A program made the position numbers and the translations under genes. From Methanobacteriota archaeon (lineage in GTDB: Archaea; JAADCQ01; Methanopyri; Methanopyrales; Methanopyraceae), in assembly GCA_027064425.1 (NCBI GenBank), contig JAMOPO010000003.1, positions 32,001-96,000 of the forward strand: 64,000 nt of DNA, read 5' to 3'. Below, one piece after another: positions 10,757-20,968 of this stretch. The notes beneath the pieces were generated by a model that saw only the letters and a list, made by a program, of their open reading frames with translations, was not told where the DNA came from and did no database searches. The number at the start of each line of letters is the position of its first letter. Within the stretch, counting starts at the first letter, position 1.

Positions 10757-11265
10757 CCGAACGGGTCCGGCGCGGGCATCGGTTGCGGGGTCGCCGGGGC
10801 CCGCTGCGGCGCATCGGGGCCATCGTCCGCGTGGCCAGCTACTCCCTAATCTTCACCGTGAGGGGGGCGAAGCCCGCGCCCCGGTTCGTTCTCCTGGACG
10901 GCGTTCGGTGCCCGAAGCTGTACGAAAGTCGGGAGCTGGACGTCGCGGTCTACGTCCTGGAGTTCCCCGAAATAGCCGAGCATGACGAGGTGAAGGAGCC
11001 CGAGCTGGGACGCGGTCGGCTGGAGGTGGATGAGCCCCGTGAGTGCCGGATCGAGTCCGTCGATCGGAACTACATCCGGGCCACCATCCCCTCGTACGTG
11101 CCCCGGCCCGGGGACGCGGGAGCGCCCATAACCCAGGACGGGTACGTGGTCGGCATGCTGGCCTCCTACTGGACCAACGACATGCTCGGGATGGGGCCCC
11201 GCATGGACGTAGCCCTCGAGCGCGTGGCGGATCACCTTCGCCGGACCCGGAGCTCAACCGCGTAG
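10753..11265 (+). CDS. Trypsin-like peptidase-fold protein, probably inactive
   Basis: [20 protein letters not shown] resembles the GDSGxP motif, with Ala in place of the catalytic Ser. Confidence 0.55.
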   Translation: MTERVRRGHRLRGRRGPLRRIGAIVRVASYSLIFTVRGAKPAPRFVLLDGVRCPKLYESRELDVAVYVLEFPEIAEHDEVKEPELGRGRLEVDEPRECRIESVDRNYIRATIPSYVPRPGDAGAPITQDGYVVGMLASYWTNDMLGMGPRMDVALERVADHLRRTRSSTA

Positions 11266-12059
11266 TGGTCCATGCCCGGTGAGTAGCTTTTCACTCGACG
11301 CACGTCCAGCACCTCCCCCTCGTAACCCTCCGGCAGGCTCTTCAGTACCCGGCGCGCGACCCTCTCCTCGGACCAGCGCTTAGGGAACGCCTCGTGAACG
11401 ACCAGCCTTCCACCGTCCCTCACCGCGCCGCACGCGTACGGTAAGAAGTCCAGCGTCCCGTGCAGGTAGCCCATTATCACCACGTCCGCACCGTCCACGA
11501 ACCGGGCGACCTCGCGGCAGTCCCCTAGGAAGGCGCGCACCCTGCCCTCCACCCGGTTCAGCTCCAGGTTCTCCAGCAGGTAGCGGTACGCGATCGGGTT
11601 GAGCTCGGCCGCGATCACCCGGGCCCCAGCCAGCGCCGCCGGGAGCGTGAAGTAGCCGATCCCCGCGAACATGTCGAAGACGAGCCGGGACGAGAGGTCC
11701 GACTCCAGCAGCCGCCGTCGCTCCTCGAAGTTTCCCCGCGCGAACATGACCCGGGTCGGGTCGAGCTTGAACTTGATCCCCAGCTCCCGGTGCACCGTCT
11801 CGGCGTCCTCGTCGCCCGCCACGACCTCCCCGACCGGCTCCCTGAAGGTTCCCCTCACCCGGCGGAGCGCGACCACCGACCGGGCTCCCGTCGCCTCCCG
11901 GAGCGCCTCCCCGATCTCCCTCCGGTACCTCCAGCACTCCTCCTCGTACAGCCTGATGACGACGACGTCGCCCAGCTGCTGCCATCGCCTCGGGACCTTC
12001 TCCACAACCTCCTCCGGCAGCCGCTCCCGCAGCGCCCGCTCGAACTCCTCCCGGGACAG
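11232..12059 (-). CDS. taw2: Trm5/Taw2 (TYW2)-family SAM-dependent tRNA modification transferase
   Basis: VMFARGNFEER, DMFAGIGYF, ELNP, VIMGY, VKSYSPG; probable CTG start at 12059. Confidence 0.8.
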   Translation of the reverse strand: MSREEFERALRERLPEEVVEKVPRRWQQLGDVVVIRLYEEECWRYRREIGEALREATGARSVVALRRVRGTFREPVGEVVAGDEDAETVHRELGIKFKLDPTRVMFARGNFEERRRLLESDLSSRLVFDMFAGIGYFTLPAALAGARVIAAELNPIAYRYLLENLELNRVEGRVRAFLGDCREVARFVDGADVVIMGYLHGTLDFLPYACGAVRDGGRLVVHEAFPKRWSEERVARRVLKSLPEGYEGEVLDVRRVKSYSPGMDHYAVELRVRRR

Positions 12060-12062
12060 CGA

Positions 12063-12830
12063 CTATCCCCCCGACAGCCGGGCGGCTAACCTCAGCGCCC
12101 GGGCGTACCCGGCGGGCCGCTGCGCCCGAGAAGTGTCCACGAACACGATCCCCTCGGACAGCGCCGAGAGCACCGGCGCACCGTGGCTCTTGAGCCCCGC
12201 CACGAGTGACAGCGTTCGGAAGGCGAGGTTGCCCAGCACCCCGTTCACGAACAGGAGCACGTCCCTGTCCAGCGCCTCCTCCACCAGCACCCCCACGTGC
12301 TCCGCCCGCATCCCCCTCTCCCGCAGGAGCCGGGCCGTGAGCTCGCCCACGGCCAGCCACTCATCGACCGTCGGGTGACGCCCCACGTCCTCCAACCGGC
12401 CCGAGGACACGACCGCGACCTCAGGCTCCTCCACCCCGAGGCGCCGGCAAAAGTCAGCCGCGAGCTCTCCCAGCCTGACCAGCTCCTCGACCTCCCAGCC
12501 CTCGTCGATCCCCACCGGGGTCAGCAGGACGAGCCCCTCCTCCATCTCCAGTACCGTCGACCGGCCGGTGAGCTCGAGCCCCAGCTCGTCGACGAGCTTC
12601 TTGACGCACGCCGCCGACACCGCGCCCCGAACGGCCGCGTCCAGCTCCCCCGAGACCAGGTCTGAGACCAGCCGAGTCCCGGGATCCTCGCAGAGGACCG
12701 TCTCCGCGCTCACCTCAAGCTCCGAGTCGGTGTAGACCACGACGTCAACGTCCGCCCGTTCGACCGCCCGCACGACCCGCTCCAAACCACCTTTAACCCG
12801 GCGCGACGCGGCGATCCCCACCCGGGGCAA
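12063..12830 (-). CDS. mtxX: Methanogenesis marker protein MtxX
   Basis: DAAVRG, PVGIDEG, SSGRLED, GNLAFR, FVDTSR. Confidence 0.85.
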   Translation of the reverse strand: MPRVGIAASRRVKGGLERVVRAVERADVDVVVYTDSELEVSAETVLCEDPGTRLVSDLVSGELDAAVRGAVSAACVKKLVDELGLELTGRSTVLEMEEGLVLLTPVGIDEGWEVEELVRLGELAADFCRRLGVEEPEVAVVSSGRLEDVGRHPTVDEWLAVGELTARLLRERGMRAEHVGVLVEEALDRDVLLFVNGVLGNLAFRTLSLVAGLKSHGAPVLSALSEGIVFVDTSRAQRPAGYARALRLAARLSGG

Positions 12831-12840
12831 CCGCGCGCCC

Positions 12841-12900
12841 CCTGGTGATGACAGATGGCCCTAGCTGACCGGGATGATGTGGCTCGGGCAAGCTGACTAC
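12841..12900 (+). ncRNA. Box C/D guide sRNA
   Basis: C GTGATGA 12845, guide CAGATGGCCCTAG, D' CTGA, C' ATGATGT, guide GGCTCGGGCAAG, D CTGA 12893. Confidence 0.88.
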
Positions 12901-13403
12901 AGACGCTCCCACCTGCGATCGAAGGCGTCCCACTGGTAATGGGCCCTCTCCCTCACCGCCCGCTTGATCACCGGCTCGACCCGCTCCCCCGACTCCGCGG
13001 CGGCGAGCGCCCCGTGCACGCTCCACCCGTCCCCCAGCAGCGAGCCGTCCGGCACGGGCGCCGCCCGGTAGCCGGAGGCCCACTCCCAGAGCCTCCTCAG
13101 CGGGCTGGCCCGGGGTGGGTCGGACGAGATCACCGCGGGGACCTCGCCCGAACAGGCCCGGGAGATCCCCAGGTCGACCGCCCTCACCACGATCTCCGGA
13201 TCAACTTCCACCAGCGAGACCGACGCGAGCAGCCTCCTCCGGTACACCATGACCGCATGAGGTCGGAGGTCGATGGTCACCAATTTATGCTCCATGAACC
13301 GGTCGAGGAGCCGAGCCGCGATCCTCCTGGCTTCGCTCGGAGGATCCCCCATCACGGAGTCCTCCCAAGGCCCCGCCCTCCTCCGAAGGAGGATGCGAAA
13401 CAC
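12897..13403 (-). CDS. Hypothetical protein
   Basis: ORF fills the gap; no motif; start uncertain. Confidence 0.55.
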   Translation of the reverse strand: MFRILLRRRAGPWEDSVMGDPPSEARRIAARLLDRFMEHKLVTIDLRPHAVMVYRRRLLASVSLVEVDPEIVVRAVDLGISRACSGEVPAVISSDPPRASPLRRLWEWASGYRAAPVPDGSLLGDGWSVHGALAAAESGERVEPVIKRAVRERAHYQWDAFDRRWERL

Positions 13404-13432
13404 CGGGGGGCCACCCCGAGGGGGCTGGGGAG

Positions 13433-14614
13433 TTGTCCCGAGTGGTCCTGGCGTACTCAGGGGGACTGGACACGTCCGTATGTATCGAGCTGCTTCGGGA
13501 GGAGTACGGTTACGATGAGGTGATCACGGTGACCGGCTACGTGGGCCAGCCCGAGGAGGAGGTGAAGGAGGCCGAGCGCAAGGCCCGGAAGCTGGCGGAC
13601 GAGCACTACACGGTCGACTGCCTCGAAGAGTTCGTGACCGAGTACTGCTGGCGGGCCGTCAAGGCCAACGCGGAGTACGAGGGATACCCGCTGAGCACCG
13701 CCCTCGCCCGCCCGCTCCTGGCCAAGAAGGTCCTCGAGGTGGCGCGGGAGGTGGACGCGGACGCGATCGCGCACGGGTGCACGGGCAAGGGCAACGACCA
13801 GTACCGGTTCGAGGCGTACCTCCGGGCCCACGCGGGGGACGAGTTCGAGATCGTCGCGCCGGTCCGCGACCTCAACCTGACCCGCGAGGAGGAGATCGAG
13901 TACGCCAAGGAGCGCGGGATCCCGGTTCCAGTGGACGCCGACAGCCCGTACAGCATCGACGAGAACATCTGGGGTCGGTCCATCGAGGGCGGCGAGCTTG
14001 AGGACCCGACGCGGGAGCCGCCCGAGGAGGTCTTCGAGTGGACGTGCAGCCCGGAGGAGGCGCCCGACGAGCCGAAGGTCGTGGAGATCGAGTTCGAGGA
14101 GGGCGTCCCGGTCTCCGCGGACGGTCGGAGCGACCCGGTGAAGATCGTCCGGTACCTGAACAAGGTGGCCGGCGAGCACGGGGTGGGCCGGATCGACCTC
14201 ATCGAGGACCGGGTGGTTGGACTAAAGTCCCGGGAGGTGTACGAGGCGCCCGCCGCCGTGACGCTCCTGGAGGCTCACCGGGCGCTCGAAGCCCTGACGC
14301 TGACCCGCCGTGAACTCTCGCTGAAGTCCGAGCTGGAGGGCCTGTGGTCGGAGCTCGTGTACCAGGGCCTCTGGTTCGACCCGCTGCGGGAGCACGTGGA
14401 GGCGTTCATCGATTCCACCCAGCGCTGCGTGACGGGCACGGTTCGGGTCAAGCTGCATAAGGGTCGAGCGCAGGTCGTTTCGCGGGAGTCGCCGCACTCC
14501 CTGTACGACGAGCGCCTGATCTCGTACGAGGAGAAGGAGTTCGACCAGCGCGTCGCGGAGGGCTCCGTGCGTCTTCACGGCCTGCAGGAGCGGCTAGCCC
14601 TAAGGCGGAGGTGA
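13433..14614 (+). CDS. argG: Argininosuccinate synthase
   Basis: LAYSGGLDTS, HGCTGKGNDQ, YSIDENIWG, GLKSREVYE. Confidence 0.98.
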   Translation: MSRVVLAYSGGLDTSVCIELLREEYGYDEVITVTGYVGQPEEEVKEAERKARKLADEHYTVDCLEEFVTEYCWRAVKANAEYEGYPLSTALARPLLAKKVLEVAREVDADAIAHGCTGKGNDQYRFEAYLRAHAGDEFEIVAPVRDLNLTREEEIEYAKERGIPVPVDADSPYSIDENIWGRSIEGGELEDPTREPPEEVFEWTCSPEEAPDEPKVVEIEFEEGVPVSADGRSDPVKIVRYLNKVAGEHGVGRIDLIEDRVVGLKSREVYEAPAAVTLLEAHRALEALTLTRRELSLKSELEGLWSELVYQGLWFDPLREHVEAFIDSTQRCVTGTVRVKLHKGRAQVVSRESPHSLYDERLISYEEKEFDQRVAEGSVRLHGLQERLALRRR

Positions 14615-14632
14615 CCGGAGAGCGTAGACGCG

Positions 14633-14648
14633 TAGAAAAGTTATAGCG
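14633..14648 (+). promoter_or_regulatory. BRE/TATA promoter
   Basis: AGAAAAGTTATAG upstream of the 14681 gene. Confidence 0.55.
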
Positions 14649-14680
14649 AGGAGCCGGTCGACCTCGCCGGGGGCGGCCCG

Positions 14681-16249
14681 TTGCTCCCCGTCCTCGCACT
14701 TTTAATGGTAACCGCGCCGGCACCGGCGACTGCGGACGTGGTACTCCACGTTGTTCCCTACACGGACAGTAATGCCTGGTCAAAGGAACACGTGGCCAAG
14801 CTCGCGGAGTTCCTAACCTGGTGCCGGGAGCACAACGTCAAGCTGGCGGCGTTCTACTTCCCCGTCAGCGAGCAGAGCGCGGCCGGGGTCAGCGACGTGC
14901 TGAAACGGTTCGTGGACGACGGGACGATCACGGTCATCGGACCGCAGACGGTCTCCCACGCGCTGGGCGGGCTGCCCTACTCCATCCAGTACTGGGAGAT
15001 CGACCGCAGCCTGAAGTACACGCAAAACCGGTTCGGCACCGCGGACCGCGTCCTGCACGTGCCGTACTGGGTCCTTGACGAGAACACCCTGCGCGCGTGC
15101 CTGAAGTGCGGCGTTCACATCCTTGTCAGCGGTACTGGGCCCGACGTGGACGCCGACTTCTGCAGGGAGAAGTATCCGGGGTTGCTCCAAGTGAACCCGG
15201 CCGGTCGCCACATGCTTGTCGGAGTCTGGCGCACGGGTAACTCCATCGTCTACAACCTGCCGGCCATGTCGTTCGTGCGCGACTTCGGCGGAAGGGCCGA
15301 TAAGGCTCTCTCGGAAATCAAGGAGGGCCTCCGAGGGCTCATCCAGCACGGGATCGTCAAGGACGGGGACAAGCTGGTCCTATGGCTCCTGCTGGAACCG
15401 TGGCAAATGGACGGCGCAACCCTGCGGGAGTTTGAGGCCCTTATCGAGCGGATCAGCGAGGGGATCACGCTGACCGTCAACGGCGTGACCGCACGGATCG
15501 TGCTCGGCGACCCGCGGCGGGTAATCGAGAACCTCGAGTCCTTCAAGACCGTCGAGCTGCCCTCCCCCGACTACATCAAGATCCTGAAGTACGAGGGCTA
15601 CACGCCCGTGGACGAGCTGCAGGTGGACCCGGAGATCAAGCTCCTTTACAGCACGTACATCGACATCCTGCGGAGCATCGACCGGAAGCTGCTGGCGATC
15701 ATCGAGAGCGGGCGCATGGACGGTGAGCTCGAGCGCGCCCTCGACGAGGTGGCCCAGCTCGCGTGGAACGACGCCGCGCTCTGTGCCGCCGTGGAGCAGT
15801 GGGAGGATGAGGAGCTGGTGAAGGCGCACCTGAAGCGGCTGCTAGCCAAGACGCAGGAGCTGGCCTACCTGGTCAACGCGAAGTACAACGAGCTGCGGAG
15901 GGAGCGGAGTCGGTCGGTGCGAGAGCACGCCACCCGGACGCAGGAGGGCCAGGCGCGGCAGCCCACCCAGCCACCGCAGGCGTCGACACCGTCCCAAGCC
16001 AAGCCGGGACGATCGCAGCCTTCGACCGAGTCTCAGGCCCAGCGGCAGCCGCAGCGATCCACCGGGGAATCAGGTCGGCAGGGTGGTAAGAAGCGGGTCG
16101 AAAGGGGCGGCGAAGTCACCGGGCAGCGGTCCGGTCAGACGGTGAGTACGGTGAGTCGGCCGCAGCGGAGGGTGCGCAGGCTCCCGGTGGCCGCGGTGAC
16201 GCTCCCGGTGGCGCTCGCGCTCATCCGTCTCCTCAGGCGCGCCGCCTGA
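14681..16249 (+). CDS. Secreted polysaccharide-deacetylase-like protein with Q/P/S linker and C-terminal anchor
   Basis: Signal peptide, NodB-like pattern (SH..L...QYWEIDRS...PYW), low-complexity linker, hydrophobic tail followed by RR. Confidence 0.65.
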   Translation: MLPVLALLMVTAPAPATADVVLHVVPYTDSNAWSKEHVAKLAEFLTWCREHNVKLAAFYFPVSEQSAAGVSDVLKRFVDDGTITVIGPQTVSHALGGLPYSIQYWEIDRSLKYTQNRFGTADRVLHVPYWVLDENTLRACLKCGVHILVSGTGPDVDADFCREKYPGLLQVNPAGRHMLVGVWRTGNSIVYNLPAMSFVRDFGGRADKALSEIKEGLRGLIQHGIVKDGDKLVLWLLLEPWQMDGATLREFEALIERISEGITLTVNGVTARIVLGDPRRVIENLESFKTVELPSPDYIKILKYEGYTPVDELQVDPEIKLLYSTYIDILRSIDRKLLAIIESGRMDGELERALDEVAQLAWNDAALCAAVEQWEDEELVKAHLKRLLAKTQELAYLVNAKYNELRRERSRSVREHATRTQEGQARQPTQPPQASTPSQAKPGRSQPSTESQAQRQPQRSTGESGRQGGKKRVERGGEVTGQRSGQTVSTVSRPQRRVRRLPVAAVTLPVALALIRLLRRAA

Positions 16250-17324
16250 GACTCTCCCAGTACTCCGAGAGCTGCCGTGCCACCTCCTTGACCCTCTTGG
16301 GACCCTCCGGGTTCTCGTCCGGGACGCCCGCCGGCTCCTTCAGGTCCGTCGGCAGCCCCGCCAGCCCGCAGATGACGGCCATGTTGGTGTACGGGAGCCC
16401 GTCCTCCACGGAGTAGCCCCCCTCCAGCACCGCCACGGGGCCCAGGGCGTCCACGTCCTCGGCCAGCTCCACGGCCCTCCGCATCATCCACTCGTAACCC
16501 CGGGCGGTCACCGCCAGGTTCGTGATCGGGTCGGTGAAGTGGCAGTCCTGGCCCGCGGAGATCAGGATCAGATCCGGATCGTACTCGCGCACGACCGGGT
16601 CGATGATCTCCCTGAAGGCCCGCCGGTACGTCTCGTCCCCCGACCCCGGCGGGACGGGGATGTTCACGGTGTAGCCTTCCCCGTCCCCCTCGCCCACCTC
16701 GTGGGGGAACCCGGTGCCGGGGTACAGCGTCCTCCCGTCCTGGTGGATCGAGACGTAGAGCACGTCGTCCCGGTCGTAGAAGATCTCCTGCGTCCCGTCG
16801 CCGTGGTGCGCGTCCCAGTCCAAGATCGCGACCCGCTCCACGTCGAGCTCCTGGATCGCGTACTCGGTGGCGATTGCGGCGTTGTTGAAGTAGCAGAACC
16901 CGGCGGCCTTGGCGCGACCCGCGTGGTGCCCGGGCGGCCTAACCATGGCGAAGGCCACGTCGTACTCGCCCTTCACCACCAGCTCCACGGCCAGGATGGA
17001 CCCGCCCGCCGCCAGCAGGGCCTGCTCGTAGGTGCGCTCGGTGACGGCCGTGTCGGCGTCTATGACCCCACCACCCTGCTCGCTCATCCGCCGAATCAGC
17101 TCCACGTGATCGGGGTCGTGGACCAGCTCAATGTCCTCCCGATCGGCCGGCTCCGGCTCGACCAAGTCCACCCCCTCGACCTCGAGCACCCCTTCCTCGC
17201 GCAGCCTGTCCAGGGTGTAAGACAGGCGCTCCCGCCGCTCCGGGTGCGTGGGGTGCTGCTCGTGCTCCAGGTACTCGTCGTCGTAGATCAGCGCCAGCCG
17301 CCGCTCCGCCCTCCACAAGCTCAT
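16233..17324 (-). CDS. Histone deacetylase family (AcuC-like) Zn deacetylase
   Basis: HPER, RPPGHHA, GFCYFNN, DWDAHHGDGTQ, LEGGY. Confidence 0.95.
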   Translation of the reverse strand: MSLWRAERRLALIYDDEYLEHEQHPTHPERRERLSYTLDRLREEGVLEVEGVDLVEPEPADREDIELVHDPDHVELIRRMSEQGGGVIDADTAVTERTYEQALLAAGGSILAVELVVKGEYDVAFAMVRPPGHHAGRAKAAGFCYFNNAAIATEYAIQELDVERVAILDWDAHHGDGTQEIFYDRDDVLYVSIHQDGRTLYPGTGFPHEVGEGDGEGYTVNIPVPPGSGDETYRRAFREIIDPVVREYDPDLILISAGQDCHFTDPITNLAVTARGYEWMMRRAVELAEDVDALGPVAVLEGGYSVEDGLPYTNMAVICGLAGLPTDLKEPAGVPDENPEGPKRVKEVARQLSEYWESLRRRA

Positions 17325-17327
17325 CAC

Positions 17328-17396
17328 CCCCCCGGATGACGAGAGGGCGGGGGTGACCGGGCCCGGGATGATCGAGGAGACCGCTGCCGAGGGGGC
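17328..17396 (+). ncRNA. Box C/D guide sRNA (degenerate internal boxes)
   Basis: C ATGACGA 17336, C' ATGATCG 17368, D CCGA 17387, terminal CCCCC/GGGGG stem. Confidence 0.65.
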
Positions 17397-17402
17397 GGAC
17401 CC

Positions 17403-18260
17403 TTGCGGGTCACGGAGCTGAAGGGGTTAACCATCTCCTGGGATGCGAGGCCGCTCGCCCCCGACTCCGTGTACGGGGAGGATTACCGGAGGATCTACGA
17501 GAACGTCTCCTCCGTGCTCGAGGCGGTCTCCGAGGCGTTCGGTGAGCCCGAGGGCGACCTGGCGATCGGCTTCAGCGGGGGCAAGGACAGCTTCACCTGC
17601 GCGCTCGCCCTCAAGCCCTTCCTCGAGGAGTGGGACGTGGAGGCGCGGCTCGTGACCGTCGACGTGCGCGTCCGCGGGGTGGAGATCTGGCGCCCGTACC
17701 GGCGGGACCTGAAGCGGATGGCCGAGGAGTTGGGCTACGAGCTAAGGTTCGTGCGGCCGTCCGAGGACGTGGAGGACCTGGCGGAGGAGATGAACAAGCC
17801 GCCGTGTAAGGTCTGCTCCGCCCTGCGCCGCCGAGAGCTCGCGGAGCGGTACGACTGGGTCGTGTACGGGCACACGGCCGAGGACGCGCTGGAGACGCTG
17901 CTGATGAGCGCGAACAGGCCCCGGGAGGCGGGCACGTTCCCGCCCGCGGAGTACCTGGAGGAGGACGACGCCTACCTCCTCCGACCCCTGTACGTGGTCA
18001 GCGAGCTCCGCACGGCCCGGGTCTACCGGGAGGTCCGCGAACGACTCGGACTGCCTCGGGTCGAGCCGGAGTGCCCGCACGCGAAGCGGTACCAGGACAC
18101 CGACTCGCCGCGACGCGTCGCCGCGGAGGCGGTGGAGGGGATCCGCAGGCTGGCCCGCGTCCGTGACGAGCTCGCCGTGGAGAACGTGGCCCGGGGACTG
18201 GCTCGGATGGCCCTGGCCGACGTGACGTGCGGGCGGGAGCGGTTCCCAACGCTGCTCTGA
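17403..18260 (+). CDS. TtcA/TtuA-family PP-loop tRNA thiolase
   Basis: SGGKDS, PCKVCS, GHTAEDALET, LRPL, ECPH. Confidence 0.85.
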   Translation: MRVTELKGLTISWDARPLAPDSVYGEDYRRIYENVSSVLEAVSEAFGEPEGDLAIGFSGGKDSFTCALALKPFLEEWDVEARLVTVDVRVRGVEIWRPYRRDLKRMAEELGYELRFVRPSEDVEDLAEEMNKPPCKVCSALRRRELAERYDWVVYGHTAEDALETLLMSANRPREAGTFPPAEYLEEDDAYLLRPLYVVSELRTARVYREVRERLGLPRVEPECPHAKRYQDTDSPRRVAAEAVEGIRRLARVRDELAVENVARGLARMALADVTCGRERFPTLL

Positions 18261-18274
18261 CGCCTCGGCCCGGC

Positions 18275-18299
18275 AATCGTTATGATCCTCATAACGATT
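18275..18299. repeat. AT-rich inverted repeat AATCGTTATGA-TCC-TCATAACGATT
   Basis: Perfect 11-bp arms; related copy at 26174-26200. Confidence 0.8.
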
Positions 18300-18304
18300 C
18301 ACGG

Positions 18305-18382
<78 letters not shown>

Positions 18383-18407
18383 GCGGTCCGAGGACGACCC
18401 CGCCCTC

Positions 18408-18424
18408 ACGTTTAAAAACGTTGC
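18408..18424 (-). promoter_or_regulatory. tRNA promoter (TATA box)
   Basis: GCAACGTTTTTAAACG about 29 nt upstream of the tRNA 5' end. Confidence 0.75.
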
Positions 18425-18428
18425 GTGC

Positions 18429-18953
18429 TCATCGGTGGACGAGCGCCAGGATCTGAACGGCGCAGAGCGGCACGGTCAGCGCGGCGAGTCCCAGGGCTGA
18501 AAGCGAGTGGAGGGACGGGTACCTTAGCCCGCGCAGGACCTTGGAGCCGTCGAGCGGCGGGATCGGGATCAGGTTGGCCAGCTGCAGGATCGCGTTCCAG
18601 GCGGCTCCGTGCGGGACTATCGGTAGGAGGAGCAGGCCCGCGAGCGCCCCGCTGAACGGTCCGGCCGCCGCGATGAGCGCCTCGGAGTCGGGCGTGGTCG
18701 GCAGGTGCTCGACGAACGCTCCCCCTAGGGGCAAGAAGACGGGGGCGGACGCCGGAACGCCGAGCAGTCGGCAGGCGACGTAATGACCCAGCTCGTGGAA
18801 GAAGATCCCGACCACCACGGCCAGCCCGACGGTTCCCCAGATCCCCCAGTGTAGGGCGGCGCTGATCCCCAGCGTTTTGAGCGTCTTGCCCCATCCCCAA
18901 CCCATTTTGCCCATCTTGAGGATGGGACCCGCGAGCCTCGCGATCCCGGGCAT
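18429..18953 (-). CDS. Site-2 protease family (M50) membrane metalloprotease
   Basis: HELGH, AAAGP, NLIPIPPLDG. Confidence 0.88.
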   Translation of the reverse strand: MPGIARLAGPILKMGKMGWGWGKTLKTLGISAALHWGIWGTVGLAVVVGIFFHELGHYVACRLLGVPASAPVFLPLGGAFVEHLPTTPDSEALIAAAGPFSGALAGLLLLPIVPHGAAWNAILQLANLIPIPPLDGSKVLRGLRYPSLHSLSALGLAALTVPLCAVQILALVHR

Positions 18954-18980
18954 CGCGATCACCCGAAGGGGGTGACGACG

Positions 18981-20582
18981 TTGTCCGAGGCCGAGGCCTT
19001 CGAGAGGGCCTGCCGCGAGCTGATCGAAAAAATGCTCTCCGGGGAGATCAAGACGAAGGAGGAGCTGCAGGACGCGAAGCGTGAGGTCTGCCGGAAGTAC
19101 AAGCTGTCGAAGTTCCCGACGGACGCGGACGTGCTGGAGCACGCGACGCCCGAGGAGCGGGAGAAGCTCCGCGAGATCGTGGTGAAGAAGCCCGTGCGGT
19201 CGATCTCGGGCGTGGCCGTGGTCGCCGTGATGGCCAAGCCGTACCCCTGCCCGCACGGGCGCTGCGCGTACTGTCCGGGCGGTCCCGAGCAGGGCGTCCC
19301 GCAGAGCTACACGGGCAAGGAGCCGGCCGGTCGACGGGCTAAGGAGCATGACTTCCACCCGCGCAAGCAGGTGGAGGCCCGGCTGCGTCAGCTCGAGGTC
19401 TCGGGCCACCCAACGGACAAGGTCGAGCTGATCATCATGGGCGGCACGTTCCCGGCCATGCCCCTCTGCTACCAGGAGTGGTTCGTGCGGGAGTGCCTCA
19501 ACGCGCTGACGGGCAAGGACGCGCTCACGATCGAGGAGGCGCAGAAGTACGCGGAGACGTCCGAGCGCCGGCCCGTGGGGATCACGTTCGAGACGCGGCC
19601 GGACTACTGCAAGGAGGAGCACGTGGACCGGATGCTCAAGCTGGGCGCCACGCGCGTCGAGGTAGGTGTTCAGACGATCTACGATTTCATCCTCAAGCGC
19701 GTCGAGCGGGGTCACACGGTCAAGGATACGGTGGAGGCTACCCGGATCCTGAAGGACGCTGGTCTCAAGGTGTGTTACCACGTGATGCCCGGCCTGCCGG
19801 GCTCGAACCCCGAGCGGGACCTCCGAATGTTCAAGCGGCTGTTCAAGGACCCGAGGTTCAAGCCGGACATGCTGAAGATCTACCCGTGCATGGTCTTCGA
19901 GGACACGCCGCTTTACGACATGTGGAAGGAGGGCGAGTACGAACCGTACGACGAGGAGACGGCCGTGAAGGTGATCGCGGAGGCCAAGCGCCGGTACATC
20001 CCGGAGTACTGCCGGATCATGCGCGTGCAGCGGGACATCCCGGCGCACCTGGCCGCGGCCGGGATCCGGAAGACGAACCTGCGGCAGCTCGTCCATGAGT
20101 ACATGGAGGAGCGCGGCTGGGAGTGCCGGTGCATCAGGTGCCGGGAGGCCGGTCACCGGATGCGCGAGGGGGTCGAGGTCGATCCGGAGCGAGCCGAGCT
20201 GCGCATCATCAAGGAGCGGACGTGGCGGGGCGGCGTCGACTACTTCCTGGCCTACGAGGACCCGGAGGCGGACGCGATCCTCGGCTACCTGCGCCTGCGG
20301 AAGCCCACGGAGTACGCGCACCGTCCCGAGATCGACCCGGAGACCGCCATCGTGCGCGAGCTGAAGGTCGTGGGCCCGACGGTCCCGATCGGCGAGCGGG
20401 ACTCGGAGGCGGTGCAGCACCGCGGGCTCGGAGAGCGGCTGATGAAGAAGGCTGAGGAGCTGGCAGAGAGCGAGCTGGACGCGGAGAAGATCATCGTGAT
20501 CAGCGCCATCGGCACCAGGGAGTACTACCGACGGCTGGGCTACGAGCGCGTGGGCCCGTACATGGGCAAGGAGCTCGGCTAG
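18981..20582 (+). CDS. elp3: Elp3 tRNA U34 carboxymethyltransferase (radical SAM + KAT)
   Basis: CPHGRCAYCP, ETRPD, LKIYP, QHRGLG, GPYMGK. Confidence 0.96.
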   Translation: MSEAEAFERACRELIEKMLSGEIKTKEELQDAKREVCRKYKLSKFPTDADVLEHATPEEREKLREIVVKKPVRSISGVAVVAVMAKPYPCPHGRCAYCPGGPEQGVPQSYTGKEPAGRRAKEHDFHPRKQVEARLRQLEVSGHPTDKVELIIMGGTFPAMPLCYQEWFVRECLNALTGKDALTIEEAQKYAETSERRPVGITFETRPDYCKEEHVDRMLKLGATRVEVGVQTIYDFILKRVERGHTVKDTVEATRILKDAGLKVCYHVMPGLPGSNPERDLRMFKRLFKDPRFKPDMLKIYPCMVFEDTPLYDMWKEGEYEPYDEETAVKVIAEAKRRYIPEYCRIMRVQRDIPAHLAAAGIRKTNLRQLVHEYMEERGWECRCIRCREAGHRMREGVEVDPERAELRIIKERTWRGGVDYFLAYEDPEADAILGYLRLRKPTEYAHRPEIDPETAIVRELKVVGPTVPIGERDSEAVQHRGLGERLMKKAEELAESELDAEKIIVISAIGTREYYRRLGYERVGPYMGKELG

Positions 20583-20968
20583 CCTGGGACCAGGATCACC
20601 GGCACATCCCGCACGCACTCCTCGATCCCACGCCTGAAGGTGATCTTCTCGAACCCCGGCACGTTGCCCACACCGACGACCACCGCGTCGGCACCGACCT
20701 CCTTCGCGTACTCCATCACCGCCTCGGGCCCGTCACCCTCCACCACCTCGAACTTGGCACCGTACTCCTCCCTCACCACCTTCTCCACGAGGCTCGCCTC
20801 CTGCCGCATGAACTCGCGCAGCGCCCGCGCCATGTCCTCGTTCAAGCCCTTGAACGACCTGGAGTCGATCAGGTACACCGCGATCACGTCGTCCGCCCGC
20901 TCCCGGGCGTACTCGAGCGCCCGGAGCGAGGGGTCCGACCCGTCCACTAGGACCACGTAGCGCGCCAT
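20579..20968 (-). CDS. Universal stress protein (UspA family)
   Basis: VDGSDPSLRALEYA...ADAVVVG...PVILV. Confidence 0.85.
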   Translation of the reverse strand: MARYVVLVDGSDPSLRALEYARERADDVIAVYLIDSRSFKGLNEDMARALREFMRQEASLVEKVVREEYGAKFEVVEGDGPEAVMEYAKEVGADAVVVGVGNVPGFEKITFRRGIEECVRDVPVILVPG

